A stretch of DNA of 64,000 nucleotides from Stegostoma tigrinum (lineage: Eukaryota): NCBI RefSeq assembly GCF_030684315.1, contig NC_081382.1:42083491-42147490 (forward strand). The letters are read 5' to 3'. Below are positions 1 to 13,660 of the stretch, piece after piece. The position numbers were made by a program, and so were the translations under genes. How positions within the stretch are numbered: position 1 is the stretch's first letter; each line of letters opens with the position of its first letter. A model generated the notes under the pieces. It was given only the letters and a program-made list of their open reading frames with translations. It was not told the DNA's origin and searched no databases.

Positions 1-664
1 CTTAATGTATTAAAGGAAGACTGCATTGATTTCAATTCTCATACGTATTCTAAAGTAAAAAAGGAACTCTTCAGTTTCTTCTAGTCTTTCTTTTTTTTTA
101 AATTAGGAGATTAATTTATTGGTTATTTTTTAGCTGTAATAACATCTTGCCCAGGATTTTATTTGGAAATTCCAAATGTATTAATCAGTTGACACAAAAC
201 ACTTTGATCTTTTATCTCACAAATCATGAAATTTTTTAACACTAGTATCCTCTAGTGGTAACAATGATGTATCGCAAGGACTTTTTAGAGCTTGAAAGCC
301 TTGCCTGGAGGTGTGGTAAAGGCAGACTGAATTGTTGCATTCAAGGGGACATTATTTTTAATTTAATGATCTAGTGTGCAGGGATACAGGAAAAAGGAAG
401 GAGATTTGCACAAATTCAAAATGCTCAGAAAGCTAGTGTTGACATGATGGACCATACAACCTCCTTCTTCCACCTTACTGATTCTGTGATTTTGTGTAAT
501 TTTGCGAACTCAAGTCACATACCGTGAACAAGTATAAAGAAACCTTCACCATGGGTCTTTACCACTTCCAAATCAAAATATATCATACAGATACCTGATC
601 AGTTTCTTCAATTTGCTACTATTTGAGTAAGTGGAGACTTCAATGGTTTTTTTCCACTGACAGA

Positions 665-965
665 ATGGCAAGGCAGCATTTATTTCCCAGGGGGCAGTTA
701 AGAGTCAAGCACATTGCTGTGGTTCTGCAGTCACATGTAAGCCAGACCAGGATGGCAGTTTCCTTCCCTAAAAGGAAGGTGAGCCAGATGGGTTTTTCCA
801 ACAATTCACAATGGATTCACAGTCATCATTAGACTCTTAATTCCAGTTATTTATTGAATTCAAATTCCACCATCTGCCGAGGTGGAATTCAATTCAGGTC
901 CCAGAACGTATCTGGGTATCTAGATTAACAGTCCAATGATAATAATGCCAGGCCATCACTTCCCT
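665..965 (-). mobile_element. DeuSINE (SacSINE1-like) tRNA-derived SINE
   Basis: Reverse complement of the 2490-2845 copy, including the Deu-domain-like tract CCTGGTCTGGCTTACATGTGACT..AGAACCACAGCAATGTG..TGACTCTTAACTGCCC. Confidence 0.7.
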
Positions 966-1184
966 CTGGGGAGGGAGGCAAGCAATGGCCTAGCAGTATT
1001 ACACAGTGACAACATTAAAATGGATACTTCATGGCTGAGGTTCTGAAAGGAAGTATATTTATCTTCTAATTTAGTGAGGAGCTAATGGAATTGAAAATCA
1101 ATTTAACTTTCATTAATTTACTATCCTAACATATCTTTAAATACTCCCCTGATTAAATGTGGTCTAATAGCACATCTTTGTTTT

Positions 1185-1497
1185 AGAATCAGAACCCCTA
1201 CAGTGTGGAAACAGGCCCTTTGGCCTCAAGTCCACACGACCCTTGGTGCATCCCACCCAGGCCCATCCCCTTCAAGCCACCTAATCTACAGACCCCCTGA
1301 ACACTACGGGTAATTTAGCTTAGCCATTCCACCTAACCTGCACATCTTTGGACTGTGGGAGGAAACCAGAGTTCCCAGAGGATACCCATGCAGACGGGGA
1401 GAAATGTGCAAACTCCACACAGACAGTCGCCTGAGGGTGGAATTGAACCCAGATCCCTGGCGCTGTGAGGCAGCAGTGCTAACCACTGAGCCATAGC
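1185..1497 (-). mobile_element. HE1-like V-SINE (elasmobranch tRNA-derived SINE)
   Basis: Minus-strand tRNA head (TGGCTCAGTGG box A, GGTTCAATTCC box B), V-domain GACTGTCTGTGTGGAGTTTGCACAT...CCCACAGTCCAAAGATGTGCAGG and tail CCTGTTTCCACACTGTAGGG; several copies in the window. Confidence 0.8.
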
Positions 1498-2044
1498 ACA
1501 GTTAATAAATTCGGGAATATACACAAATAGTGCTACCCCCATTTTTGTTTTACCTCAGTTACTGCAGTTGCACCAAGGTTGACACTGTAACTCAGCATGC
1601 TTGATTGTTCTTTCAAATCAATTTTGTATCCTAAATGGTTCCCTTCACTCTGCACCTCGCTCCCTTCCTCTCTTGTATGAGTAAGGACTCAGGAGAGGGG
1701 CAGAGGGCAGTGACAGTGTGAGAGACAGTTGGGAGGAGGCAAGAGGCCAGCAACATCTAAGTTACCATGCAACTAAAATTAAACAACTATGCACACCAGA
1801 GGAAAAAATAAAAAGACAGACTTGCTTTGAAATATGACTTACGCTGCATGGTCGAGTCAACAAGGCTTCATCAAGGGGACATCACATTTGAAAAATCTGT
1901 TGGAATTCTTTGGGGAGGCAATGAGCAAGACAGACAAACAAGAACATGATCTATTAGGATTCCTAGTAAGCTTTTGACGAAGTGCCACAAAGGAAGATAT
2001 TAAATAAGAGTCCACGTGTTAGGGGGCAAGGTCCTGGATTAGAT

Positions 2045-2460
2045 AAACCATAATGAACACCAACTGGCTACAAAAATACATGACCAATACTCACTCATCT
2101 CAATCCACATGGACAAGGAGAACCACGACTTCGACTGGGGCAACACCAAGATCCTGGGGCAGGCTAGGCATACACAAGCACGAGAATTCCTAGGCATAGA
2201 CAAGCACGAGAATTCCTAGAAGCATGGCATTCCACAAAGCATGCTTTTATTAAACACATTGAACTTGACCTCATTTACACTCCACTATGAAGGAAAACCG
2301 GAAGTGAGGCAATCCATCTCAACGGACCCCAGAGTTTAAAAACCAAGCAGAAAAACACACTGACGCTTCACAGGAGGCAGCACTGAGGATGTTACCAAGG
2401 ACGGTAATGAAACATCAGCAAAACAACAAACCAGCTCAGCGAGCCAATCAACCTCATCAC
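2045..2460 (+). mobile_element. Penelope-like element 3' fragment (GIY-YIG C-terminus plus terminal repeat with hammerhead-like core)
   Basis: Translates HDFDWGNTKILGQ..REFLEAWHS..INKHIELD; followed by CTGAGGA-TGTTACC..GGTAAT-GAAACATC at 2383-2416. Confidence 0.7.
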
Positions 2461-2489
2461 TGCAGCTTATTTCAACACAACACAATGAT

Positions 2490-2845
2490 GGGGAGACAAT
2501 GGCCCGGTGGTATTATCGCTGAACTGTTAATCCAGAGACCCAGATAACATTCTGGGGACCCGGGTTTGAATCCCACCATGGCAAATGGTGGAATTTGAAA
2601 TCGACAAAATATCTGGATTTAAGAATCTAATGATGACCATGAATCCATTGTAAATTGTTGGAAAAACCCATCTTGTTCACTAATGTCCTTTAGGGAAGGA
2701 AACTGCCATCTTACCTGGTCTGGCCTACATGTGACTCCAGACCCACAGAAATGTGGTTGGTTCTGAACTGTCCTCTGGGTAATTAGGGATCGGCAACAAA
2801 TGCTGCCTCGTCAGCAACGCCATTATCCCGTTAATGAATAAAGAA
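2490..2845 (+). mobile_element. DeuSINE (SacSINE1-like)
   Basis: tRNA-like head (TGGCCCGGTGG..GGGTTTGAATCCC), Deu-domain CTTACCTGGTCTGGCCTACATGTGACTCCAGACCCACAG and tail ATGAATAAAG. Confidence 0.75.
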
Positions 2846-3426
2846 TGAAGAGAATAAACACAGACATTTTACTTAACAATTCTAAATTGGTGAATAAAAA
2901 TCCATTTAAATAAAAGTTCCCTCAATGTTAACATCCCTGTACAGACAATCATTACAGCACTTTACTGAATCATTTACTGCTGGTAATATGTGCTGTCTAT
3001 GACCTGCATCTCTTCTGTCTTTTGGATAAAATGTTAAACTAAGACACCACTTGCAGATAAAGATTCCAGGGCAGTCTCCCAGTTTCCTGGCCAATATTTA
3101 TACTTCAATCAACATTACCAAAATGGATTAACTGACTAGTATATCACTGCTGTGTATGGGAACTTACAGCAGGAAAAATAGCTGCTATAATTACCATGTT
3201 ATAGAAGTGATTACACTTCAAAAGTACTTCATTGGCTGCAAACAACTTGACTGTCACGCAATTGTGAAGTGCACTATAAATGCGAGTCGGATTTTCATCC
3301 ACTGCTTCAGGACACCCAAGATGTTGGAAAAGAGCTCAATGATTTCAGTAGTTCAACTCATTTCTCCATTGCCCTAAAATGTGATGAGCAGATCCAGGTT
3401 TTAAAAATGAAAGCCTCAATTCATAC

Positions 3427-3584
3427 CAGCAATCAAAGAAGGCTCTACTGGGTGGAATGCCAGACACATAACAGCACTAGAAACATCAATCACTGTATTT
3501 GGTCGCTCTGGGTTCAACCCTCTCCGATCTAGATTCCAGGAGCACACATAGGACTTCTCTGTACTCCAATCACCATCCTCCAAC
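3427..3584 (-). CDS. DYNC2I2: Dynein-2 intermediate chain 2 (WDR34), coding exon 3
   Basis: TTTCAG|G..GCTG|GTATGA; 158 nt, phase 2 to 1; [53 protein letters not shown] matches the WDR34 WD40 start. Further exons lie left of the window. Confidence 0.93.
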
Positions 3585-6500
3585 CTGAAAACAATGTGAT
3601 AGGAATTATTACTAATCATCATGGACGCAATCATACAAACTTTCACATTGAAAAGTAAAGCACAAAGCTGTTAACAGTCAACTGTTACTCAGAATAATTT
3701 ATAGGATGATTTAATGGCAAACAGTGACTCAGAGAAAGATTGCGATTTAAATAAGAAAAAATGATCATTTAAATTGTGCATATTATATGAAGGAAACATT
3801 TTTGTCCACTATCACCTCTTGTTACTTTGCTTCATGTTAGTAGTCTGTTGGTCAAAGGCAATCTGGAAACACGCAGGTATGCACTTGCAGAGGGTGTTTT
3901 TAACATTACAAATTTTTAAACTATAACACTGTGAACATGATGGAGCCAGAAATCACTGCTGTCAGTCAAATTATCAACACCAGGAGAAAATCCACCAGTA
4001 TATGCATCCACTTCAGTCCAGCTGTTCCAAAGCTGAAAGCAAGGTGACAAAAGATGCATGGTCCACAAACAGTGGATATTATTATTATCACTGACTGACT
4101 ATATAATGACGCTTAAATGTCATAGAATCCCTACAGTGTGGAAGCAGGCCATTCAGCCCATCGAGTCCACAATGACTCTCTGAAGAGAACCACACTCAGA
4201 CCCACCCTCTTACCCTATCTCTGTAACCCTCCATATCCCATGGCTAATCCACCTAGTAGATTAAATAATATGACTAATGATGACTAGCACTATTAATGGT
4301 GTAACGTATGCTATGCTTTCATTTCTTGTTGTTTAGAACTGATACAATCTTTCTTTTAAAACCTAAAAATACATAGAAAAAAGTACCTTACCCTCTTAAG
4401 CATTTTTGATCCCCTGTCAATTTGCAATGAGCACTGAATGAAACAAACACTCAACCATATAGAAACTTTTAAAAATATCTTCAGAATTCCAGAAGTGTGC
4501 CACTGTCAACAAATTATTCCAAGTGTAGTCTCTATTATAATGGAAACAAAAGGAGCAGCGAATTTTCACCCAAAAGCAAATGTCCAGCTAAACTTTTGAT
4601 GATGTTGGTTGAAGTGTATGCATCAGCCAGAGCACCTGGAATACTCCACTTCTCTTCTCCATATATTGCTACAAGATCTTTTACACCAAACTGAACAGCA
4701 GACAGTTTAATGTTTCTTCTAAGAAAGTTTCTCTGACAGTGCTGCATTCTCTCAGGTCTGCACACGTGTGTCATCTTGGATTACATTCTCAGACTCTGTG
4801 GGGTATCTTAAAGCTGCAATCAAAGGTTCAAAGTTGATCACAGGAACTGATCAGATCATAGAGCGAGAAAGCAGTGTGCACTGCAGTTCTATCCTCAATG
4901 ATGCTCAGTAACAAGTAGCAAATCCTGGATAACAATTGTTACAAGTAAGATGGAAGGAGTGCACAATCTTTCTTTAATCTCATTATACTATCGTTGACAA
5001 TAAAAATTCATTATTTTTACACAGCTCCTGATATAGCAAGTCTTTTTTTCCCCCTATATCAGACTTAGAATAAAAAGATCCATCAACCAAGTATCTTCAA
5101 TAAAGACAAAATCATTTTTGATTACAAAACAAAAAAAAAACTTATTCCATAAAGATTCACACTTTTGGCTAGTAATGCGAGTCTGATTTTCATCAAAGGA
5201 ATGAGGTATAATGTTCAGTCGGCTGTTGATCTGACACACAATGACAGGGCACCAGACAAGGCAATTGTCTCTGGGATGTTGACACATGCAGCTTGCTCAA
5301 GAGACTTTATCAAGAAAGCTTCCAGTAACTTTTCAAGTGAACAATCAAGTTCCATACTGGAGTCATTTCAAAAACAGGATAACTGAGCTGAGAAGTCTGT
5401 ACTTTAGCAGACTTCCTTGAACCAAAACAAACTCCAACTGCCTGCAAAAAGCCGTTCAAACAATACATAAAATCCAGTCAGACGATGACCAACAAACAAA
5501 TCCAACAATTAGCCGGCATCATGCAGCTTCCAAGAAATGCCTTGTTTTAAAAAAGTTCCACTATGTCTTTTCATTGGTCTCTCTTTTTAAAAACAAAATC
5601 CAGGTATCCACACAGAACATGAAATAAATCTTATTTTTAAACACAATCCATGAAAACTCACCTTTGAGAAGTATTAAGTAAATATGAAACTGGCATAATA
5701 TTTTACACTGCAAGGAACAAAATGAGCTGGAAAAAGAATCCTTCCGATACAACTTCAAGAGTAAGGTGTTACTCCAATATCAATTTCTCAATCAAAACCG
5801 AAAGAAATAAAAAAACTGGGTTTTCATATCATAATTATTTGTAGATACAAATTGGTTGTTGTGTTTCCTCACAAAAATGTAACTACATTTCAAAGGCAAT
5901 CCGCTAGAATCATCGAATTTTACAATATAGAAGGAGGCCATTCAACATGCATGTGTCCTGGCTTCCTGGTGCAATAGAAATGTACAAAGGCCAAAATAAA
6001 GGTACAATAGAAGTGTAAACCTACCTTTCACCAATGAATATACATAAAACTGGATCTATTGTGTTTTTAGGTTATAGTTTCAGAACAAGAAATAAACTGA
6101 AAATTCTTCAAATTATTTGTTAAAGTTTAAAGTTAACTAATGTACATATGACGACGAAATGGCTTTATCACAATCGCATGCAACGACTTCTTTTGGTAAG
6201 GAAGTGGCTCAAACAGTATACATTGCTTTGAAAGTACTCAGAAGGTATTAAGTGGCCATCTATATTAGGTAAAGTATTTCATTTGTTATAAAGTACTGTG
6301 GGGTTTCCTGAGATCATGAAAGGCTCTATATAAAAAAAAAGTCTTGCCTAATTATTAAACTTTGTTTAAAATCCAAAAAGACCTTCAACTAAGTTGCTGA
6401 TAGCTGAAGAGATGTTTACAACAACACATTTCAGGTAATACAAATCTCTGATAAAAGTCAAACTTATTAAATAATTTTCAAATAAATGTCATGATCGTGA

Positions 6501-7149
6501 CAAAAGGGGTCAATAATCCTGTGAAGATTTAAGAGGCCCTGGCAGTGAACTGCAGTGTATCTGAAATATACAAACAGCCAGCTCATTTAAATGACTTTCA
6601 GTATCCAAAGTGCATGACATGCTTAGTGAATACAGAGGTCATGCTATCTCAAACCCAAAAGGCTACAAACTTCAAAGCAGAACAGGGTATGAATTTAAAA
6701 GTGACAGTAGCATGTACAGAAACCAAATATCATTGCGCCAAGGTGCAACTTGGAAGTTCAAAGAGGAGGAGGTACTACAGAAAAGGGGTGGATCTATTTT
6801 GAATGGGTTATAAAGAAGGATTCCCGCTACAAACTATCAAAGGATATGATGCTCTTCACACTAAAATAAATAGCATAGTACTAGACAGGCGAATGGAGGC
6901 GAAAACTCATCAACCATCTAAGAGACAAATAGATGATGCAAGTGTAGCCTTCCTTGTTCAGTAATTCTCCTGTGATAATCTGTCACAATGCCGTGTATAA
7001 ATTGGCTATAACAAGTGACTATCTTTTAAAATAATTATTAAAATCACAAAAGTGCTGCTAAGGTAAATGTATTTATTTAGAATAATTTTAATGCATCCTA
7101 TATTCTAATTATTCTGTGAGTTCAAATCATTTTTGTAGGTTTAGATCAT

Positions 7150-7610
7150 ACAGATTTTTTTTTCAATTCATTGCTGGCTGACCAGCATTTCTTGCCCATC
7201 CCCAATTGCCCTTGAGAAGGTGGTGAGCTGCCTTCTTGAACCACTGCATTCTTCCTTCTGTGGGTTGTCCCACAATGCTTTTACGGACGGAATTCCAGGA
7301 TTTTGACCCAGTAACAGTGAAGGAACGCCAATATATTTCCAAGTCAGGATGATGAGTGACTTGGAGGGGAACTTGCAGGGAGTGGCGTTCCCATATATCT
7401 GCTGCCCTTACCCTTCTAGATGGAGGTGGTCATGGGTTTGGAAGGTGCTGTCTGAGGGTCTCTAGTAAATTTCTGCAGTGCATCTTGTAGATAGTAGACA
7501 CTGCTGCTGAGCGTCGGTGGTAGAGGGAGTGAATGCTTGTGGATGTAGCGCAAATCAAGCAGACTGCTTTGTCCTGGATGGTGTTAAGCTTCTTAAGTGT
7601 TATTGATGAT
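7150..7610 (-). mobile_element. Degenerate L2/CR1-clade LINE 3' end
   Basis: Minus-strand LKKLNTIQDKAVCLI..HSLYHRRSAAVSTIYKMHC; the tail GGGCAATTGGGATGGGCAAGAAATGCTGG resembles the DeuSINE tail. Confidence 0.6.
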
Positions 7611-7929
7611 GACAGAAATAAAAGCCATTCCAACTGAATAACTCAGAGGCATTTGGGTCAGTACATCACCGATTAAAAGAGAGGTCTTGGTAGTACTTTG
7701 GTAGCATCCCTACTACTGGGCCAGAACGTCTCGGTTCAAGCCTCACCTGCCCTGAGTCAGAGTATGAGTGAAATAGCTATAACTAATTCAAACAAATTGA
7801 TCCTCCTAAATCACCATTCTTTTTCATAACATGGACAGGACTTCCCCATGGGTTTTCAGATTCTAACCTCAAATGGGGGTCAGAAGCTGACACTGCATGA
7901 CAAATAATCAGTAAGTTGCAATTCTTCAA

Positions 7930-8340
7930 CTTTTCCCCTGGAGTGTCAGAAGCTGAGGGGCGACCTTACAGAGGTTTATAAAATTATGAGGGGCATGGAT
8001 AGGGTGAATAGTCAAGGTCTTTTTTTCCTAGTGTAGGGGAGTCCAAAACTACAGAGCATAGGTTTAAGGTGGGAGGGGAAATATTTAAAAGGGACCTGAA
8101 GGGCAACATTTTCATGCAAAGGACATGCGTATAGGGAACAAGCTGCCAGAGGACGTAGTGGAGGAGGATACAATTACATTTAAAAGGCATCTGGATGGGT
8201 GCATTAATCGGAAGGGTTTAAGGCGGCTAGGGGCCAAATGTTGGCAAATGAGACTAGATCAGTTTAGGATGTCTGGTCAGTGTGAAGAAGTCGGACCAAA
8301 GGATCTTTTTCAGTGCTGTATAACTCGATGACTCTATGGC
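7930..8340 (+). mobile_element. CR1 LINE 3' fragment
   Basis: LRGDLTEVYKIMRG..KTTEHRFKV..FKRHLDG C-terminal ORF2 motifs and ATGACTCT tail. Confidence 0.75.
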
Positions 8341-9351
8341 CCGAAGCTAGTCTCACTATTCAATTAAATATGATGAGCAGGTGCTCAAAGCTGGAAAGCC
8401 AACAGAAGGAAACAAGTTGTTTTCTGAAATTGTTAAGTTGAGGGTCTTCTCTCCAAAGTTCTTAAACTTTAAAATAAAGGGTGCCATTAATAAGTATGGG
8501 GAAATGCCTCCACAGGACTGTTTCTGCTGCAGCTGCAGACTATCAGTTGGATAGCTTCCCCTTCAGAGAAGTGTCAATACAGTTTTACGGTTAGAAGCAG
8601 GAGATTCAGAGGGAATTTGAGGAGTTCTTCCCCCTCGCCTCCAAGACGGTGGCGGGTATCTGAAACTCAATGCTTAAAAGAGTGATAAAGGCAGGAACCT
8701 TCAAAAATTAAGGAGTATTTAGAATAACATTTGAAACTTAGCACACAAAGCTACATGTCAAGCATTAGAAATGCACTTAGTGTAGATATATATACTTGAT
8801 AACTGGTGCAGACACAATGGGCTAAAAGGACTTTTTCCTGTGATGTAAATATAACTCTATATATACACAGCAATAGATTTCAAATAAGTAAAATCTGTTA
8901 TCTTTAGCTGGTTTGGCATACAATTGACTGCAGATCCACATTTAATGTATTTGACTCTTAACTGACCTCTAAAATGGCCTAGAAAGCAAATTAGTTCAAA
9001 AGGCGATTAGGAATAGGCAACAAATGTTTGCCTTACCACACACATCCACATCCCACAAAAGAAAAAATGTTGTCAAAGCCATTGTTATGAGTTTATTCTT
9101 CATTAGTAATTGTCTAAACCCAACATGAATGGATCTGTGATCCATCCCCAAAGCAGTATTATTGGAATTGGAAGTGTAGCCACAATGGAATTAAAATTTA
9201 AAACCAGTGATCAGCAGAAGAACTTGAGTCTTCTTCCCTTTTCTGAAAGACTCAAACGCAACATCACGAAAGACAAGTATCCATTTTAATTGAGCATGTG
9301 ACTACCAATAATGAATACAGACCCAATGTTGGTTATTTGTAGCTATCATAC

Positions 9352-9461
9352 CTGCCATATGCACAAGCAATGACAGAGCCTGTCACATTCCAAGACACAC
9401 CAGTAACGTGCAGTTTTCGCTTCTGTGCTTCTGGATAATGCAGAGTATGTAAACATGAAAC
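9352..9461 (-). CDS. DYNC2I2: WDR34 coding exon 2 (not in ORF track)
   Basis: CTGTAG|GTT..GGCAG|GTATGA; 110 nt, phase 0 to 2; [37 protein letters not shown]; phases fit exons 1 and 3. Confidence 0.93.
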
Positions 9462-11300
9462 CTACAGCAGGATTTAAACAAAGAAACTCATTAAGCAATT
9501 ACAAAAGGAGCCAGTTACATTATTAAAATTAATTTACTGACTGAAATAAGAATCAAAGTTTGTAGAATCATGTGGTTTGCAATTATAGGTTGCGAAATAA
9601 TGGATTTCAACCACAGGAGATTATATTTAATCACTAATCACTAAATTTAATTGGCACAAAGACAAAAAATGCACAGCACACCTCAACGTAGAACATTCTT
9701 GTCTGTCAATCAACTCTACTGTTTTGTTTTTTGTTATCCCATCCAATTGCTTTTCCACGAAGTCTCTTGCGATACGTCATATTCAATATCTTCGGAAAAT
9801 CCGTACAAGCTACATCTATATATATTTTTCAAGAACCACTAAAATCAATCAAGCTTTGTCTGTAAATAAAATGTTAGTAAAAGCCAAAAGTAATGTAGTT
9901 AATATAATGGCCACACCTGCAGCAATGCAGATATATTAAATCACTTGCCATATGCCATTTACAATAGAAGCATATTGTGGTAGGATTCTGGATTTTAATT
10001 TGCCTCAAAGAACAGGGGGAAATTATGGATTTATACTTTACTTCTAGTTAACTAAGGACCATGCTTCTCATTAAGTTTTTTTTCTGATATGCCCTCAGAA
10101 TTTCTAAGTCAGAATAGTGTTTCACTGTGTCAAAGGTACGAAGGAAATTTTTGAAGAGTTCCCTTGAATTGGTGATTTATCTGCCAAATCCAGGTAATAT
10201 TTATATAGCACCAGAAATAGTCCTTTTAAAAAACCTCAATTTCAAACACCTCTATCAAATGTCCTTTTAAACCTTCTCTGCTTTAAGTAAAATAATTCCA
10301 GCCCCTCTGGTTTCCTCACACCACTGAACTGGCTTATCTGTAGTGCTAATTTTGGTAAAATCTCCTCTACACCATCCTCAAGCCTCAACGTCCTTTCTGT
10401 GTAGTGAATAAAACTGGATACAACACTCCCTCAGAGGCCTAACCAAATGGCTTATAAAGCTTAAATTCCTAATGGAAACAATTTGTACCTTCTACTCTTT
10501 AAACACGCACTTCCCTTTGCATAGAAAGGGCAAACTACCTCAATTTTAACTCGCATATACTGAACATTGCTGACCAAAGAATCCCATACCCTCCCTAAGA
10601 CACACTGTCATGAACATGGATTTTATTTGTGGTCTAAATTAAATCCTAGGATCTAGCGTACAGGGGGAACAAAACTTGCATAAATATTGGAGAAGTCAAC
10701 TTACCATTGCATTCTCCTCAATGTCCAAATAAGCATTATCAATAAGCATTGAAAAACCTGGATGATCTAGTAATTACAATATTGCTGGTTTTGGGATTTT
10801 GCTGTGTAAACACTAACTGCCGACTTCCTGCAAAGAAACAATGACTACAATTCAAAACTAACTCACTGGTCACAGAACGCTTCGAGACATCCCAAAGTTG
10901 GTAAAAGGCACTATTTAAATATAAATATTTTAAAAATCAACTCAATAGAAACATCAACAGGAACACAAACAATCAGAATTTGTTTTGTTATAAACAAACC
11001 AAGCCAGAATAAACATAATGGTGCTTCAGGGACAAATGAATAAAGCACTGAAACGTTATGATCAAAATCATGGAAATCTTGACTTCATTAAATCCGAAGT
11101 CAATTTAAATGGCAAGCATAACAAAACGAAATTTGCACAATTTTACACAAACTACTATAGGTCAAGACTACAAGATGATAGAGTGATGCCTCTGTCAAAT
11201 AGTTGGCAGGTGTTCTTTGGAACTGCTCTGGTCTTTCTTTACGACTGCCAAAAATCAAAACAGCTCATGGAAATAAACTACAAAACTAAATGTATGGTAT

Positions 11301-11416
11301 TTCTGAAGAAGGGTCCCAACCCGAAACATCAAGTTTTCCTGCTCGGTCTGCTGTGTTCATCCAGCTCCACACCTTGTTATCTCAGATTCTCCAGCATCGG
11401 CAGTTCCTACAATACC
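11301..11416 (+). mobile_element. Short Penelope-derived repeat with hammerhead-like core
   Basis: CTGAAGA-AGGG-TCCCAA-CCC-GAAACATC followed by the family tail CTGCTGTGTTCATCCAGCTCCACACCTTGTTATCTC; related copies near 23805-23935(-), 29095-29190, 34817-34910, 51355-51558 and 53752-53950. Confidence 0.75.
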
Positions 11417-12239
11417 CACATGGGCATATCTGTTTTGATAGATTTGGCAGAGGCCACTGCATGTGCACTTGATACCTTGGAAACATACCAATATGGAAGA
11501 ATACGCAAATATTGGTCTCGTTAGGTTGCTATTTAATATATCCAAGGAACACAATTATTCACAAATTGTTTTTATAAAATTAATTATGGGAAGAGTAGAA
11601 GCTATATTATAGTCCAATATTATCTCTGCATAGCTGCACCATCAGGCAAGAATTAAAAGTATTTTACTTTAGTATAAGCAGACCTTGTGTGGAATTGCTC
11701 ACTGTTAATCATAGTGTACAGTGAAGTATGCAAGAGGAAAGTGACTCGAATCAAGATAGTATACAATTACATCCAGAAGTTTTCAGAATTAAATAACCTT
11801 TTTATAAATGCAAGTAAATTAAACAATCAATCTTCAAACAGTTAGACTCTACAAGCAACAACAGAGAAAAATTTCCAGCTGTAGGGCAAACAGCCAAGTA
11901 CGACATTGGGTATAGAGGGTATAAAGATTTGGCAATAATACAAAGGAGGAACTGGAACATGTCAGAGTTGGGGTAAGAATGTGTGATTTGGTTCACAACT
12001 AGATTTGTAGTGTCTGCCAGTAATAGTAACAAGGAAACAGGTCTGATTACATTTAGTGTGAAAAATATAAGGCCTGGAAGTATTCATTTACCAGTTTCCA
12101 AGCCATTTTTAAGCAACATATTGAGATATTTCTCCTTTTGCTTCCGTGAAACACAAAGGAATTCTTCCCATGCAAAGATGTTCCATAAATGCAAATACAA
12201 AGCTATCATTGCAAGAGATATTTTAAAAATTATTATAGA

Positions 12240-12895
12240 ATTACAGAATCCCTACAGTGTGGAAACAGACTCTTCCGCCCAATAAGTCCACGCCAACCCT
12301 AAGAACACTCACTCAAATCCATCCCCCTAATCCACACATCCCTGAACACTATGAGCAATTTAGCATTGCCAAACCACCTAGCCTGCACATCTTTGGACTG
12401 TGGGAGGAAACCCACGCAGACACGGGAAGAACATGCAAACTCCACACACAATCTCCCGAGGATGGAATTGCACCTGGATCCCTGGTGCTATGAGGCAGCA
12501 GTGCTAGCCACTGTGCCACCCCAACTGCAAACTATTTCCTGCAAAACTAGTGACTCAGTGGATAGCACTGTTGCCTTACAGCACCAGGGACTCAAGTTCA
12601 ATTCCACCCTCAGGCGACTGTGTGGTGTTTTCACATTCTTGCCCCATCTGCATTTGTTTCCTCCAGGTACTCCAGTTTCCTCTCTCAGTCCAAAGATGTG
12701 CAGGTTTGGTGGATTAGCAATGCTAAAATTGCCTATATACTGTACAAGCATGTGAAGGTTAGGTGAATTAGCCATGGGGAATACAGGGGCACAGGGATAG
12801 GGTAAGAGGTGGGTCTGGGTGGCATGCATCTCAGAGGGTTGATGTGGATTTTTTGGGCAAAATAGCATGCTTCCCCACTTTAGGGATTCTATGAT
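12240..12895. mobile_element. Two HE1-like V-SINEs head-to-head (about 12240-12520 minus, about 12550-12895 plus)
   Basis: Both carry the tRNA head, V-domain and TAGGGATTCT tail; their heads are separated by about 30 bp. Confidence 0.8.
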
Positions 12896-13189
12896 TTCAA
12901 TGCTTTCCCCGTGGGATTCGTACTCAAAACTGCCAAATGGATGATCCATCTTGGCCTCCTCCTAAAATTCCCAGTTATTTCAGCTAAATCAGTCCACTCT
13001 GCGGGATATCATGATATGCCCGAACACATCACTGGCCTTTCACATAGCCCCTGACATCTCTGCCACAATAGTACTGAAGACTTGTGCTCCAAAACCTAAC
13101 CAAGTAGTTCCAGGAGAATTACATGACTGGCATCAACCTCACAATTTGGCAAATTAGCCAGATATGTCCATAAAAAGCAGGGCCAGGGC

Positions 13190-13660
13190 CTCAGAAGAGA
13201 TTTACCAGGATGTTGCCACATATGGAAGGTTTGAGTTATAAGGAAAGGCTGGATAGGCTGGGACTTTTTCCACTGGAGCATAGGAGGTTGAGAGATGATC
13301 ATACAGAGTTTTAAAAATTCATGAGAGATATAGATAGGGTTAATAGTAAGTGTCTTTTCCCTAGGATGGGGGATTTTAAGACAAGAGGACATATTTTTAG
13401 GGTCAGAAGAGAGAGATTTTTAAAAAAAAAGAGGGAATTTTTTGTTTTTACACGCAGAATACGGTTTTATGCAAAATGAACTTCCTGAGGAAGTGATGGA
13501 TGCAATGTTTAGGACACTTACACAAGTACATGAATAGGAAAGATTAGAGGGATATTGGCCAGGAGCAGACAGGTGAGACTAGTTTCATTTGAGAATATGT
13601 TAGGCATGGACAGGTTGGACTGTCTGTTGAAGGATCTGTTTCCATGCTGTATGGCTATGG
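13190..13660 (+). mobile_element. CR1 LINE 3' fragment
   Basis: RRFTRMLP..EGLSYKERLDRLGLF motifs, frameshifted. Confidence 0.7.

Noticed and set aside
523-594. 72-nt open minus-strand segment with AG/GT ends in phase 1-1, a possible WDR34 cassette exon
   Set aside because: The acceptor has no pyrimidine tract and the peptide (ICMIYFDLEVVKTHGEGFFILVH) does not resemble the next WDR34 exon (GLYSGEV..)
11018-11524. 168-aa ORF
   Set aside because: It runs through a Penelope-derived short repeat, is antisense within a WDR34 intron and has no recognisable domain
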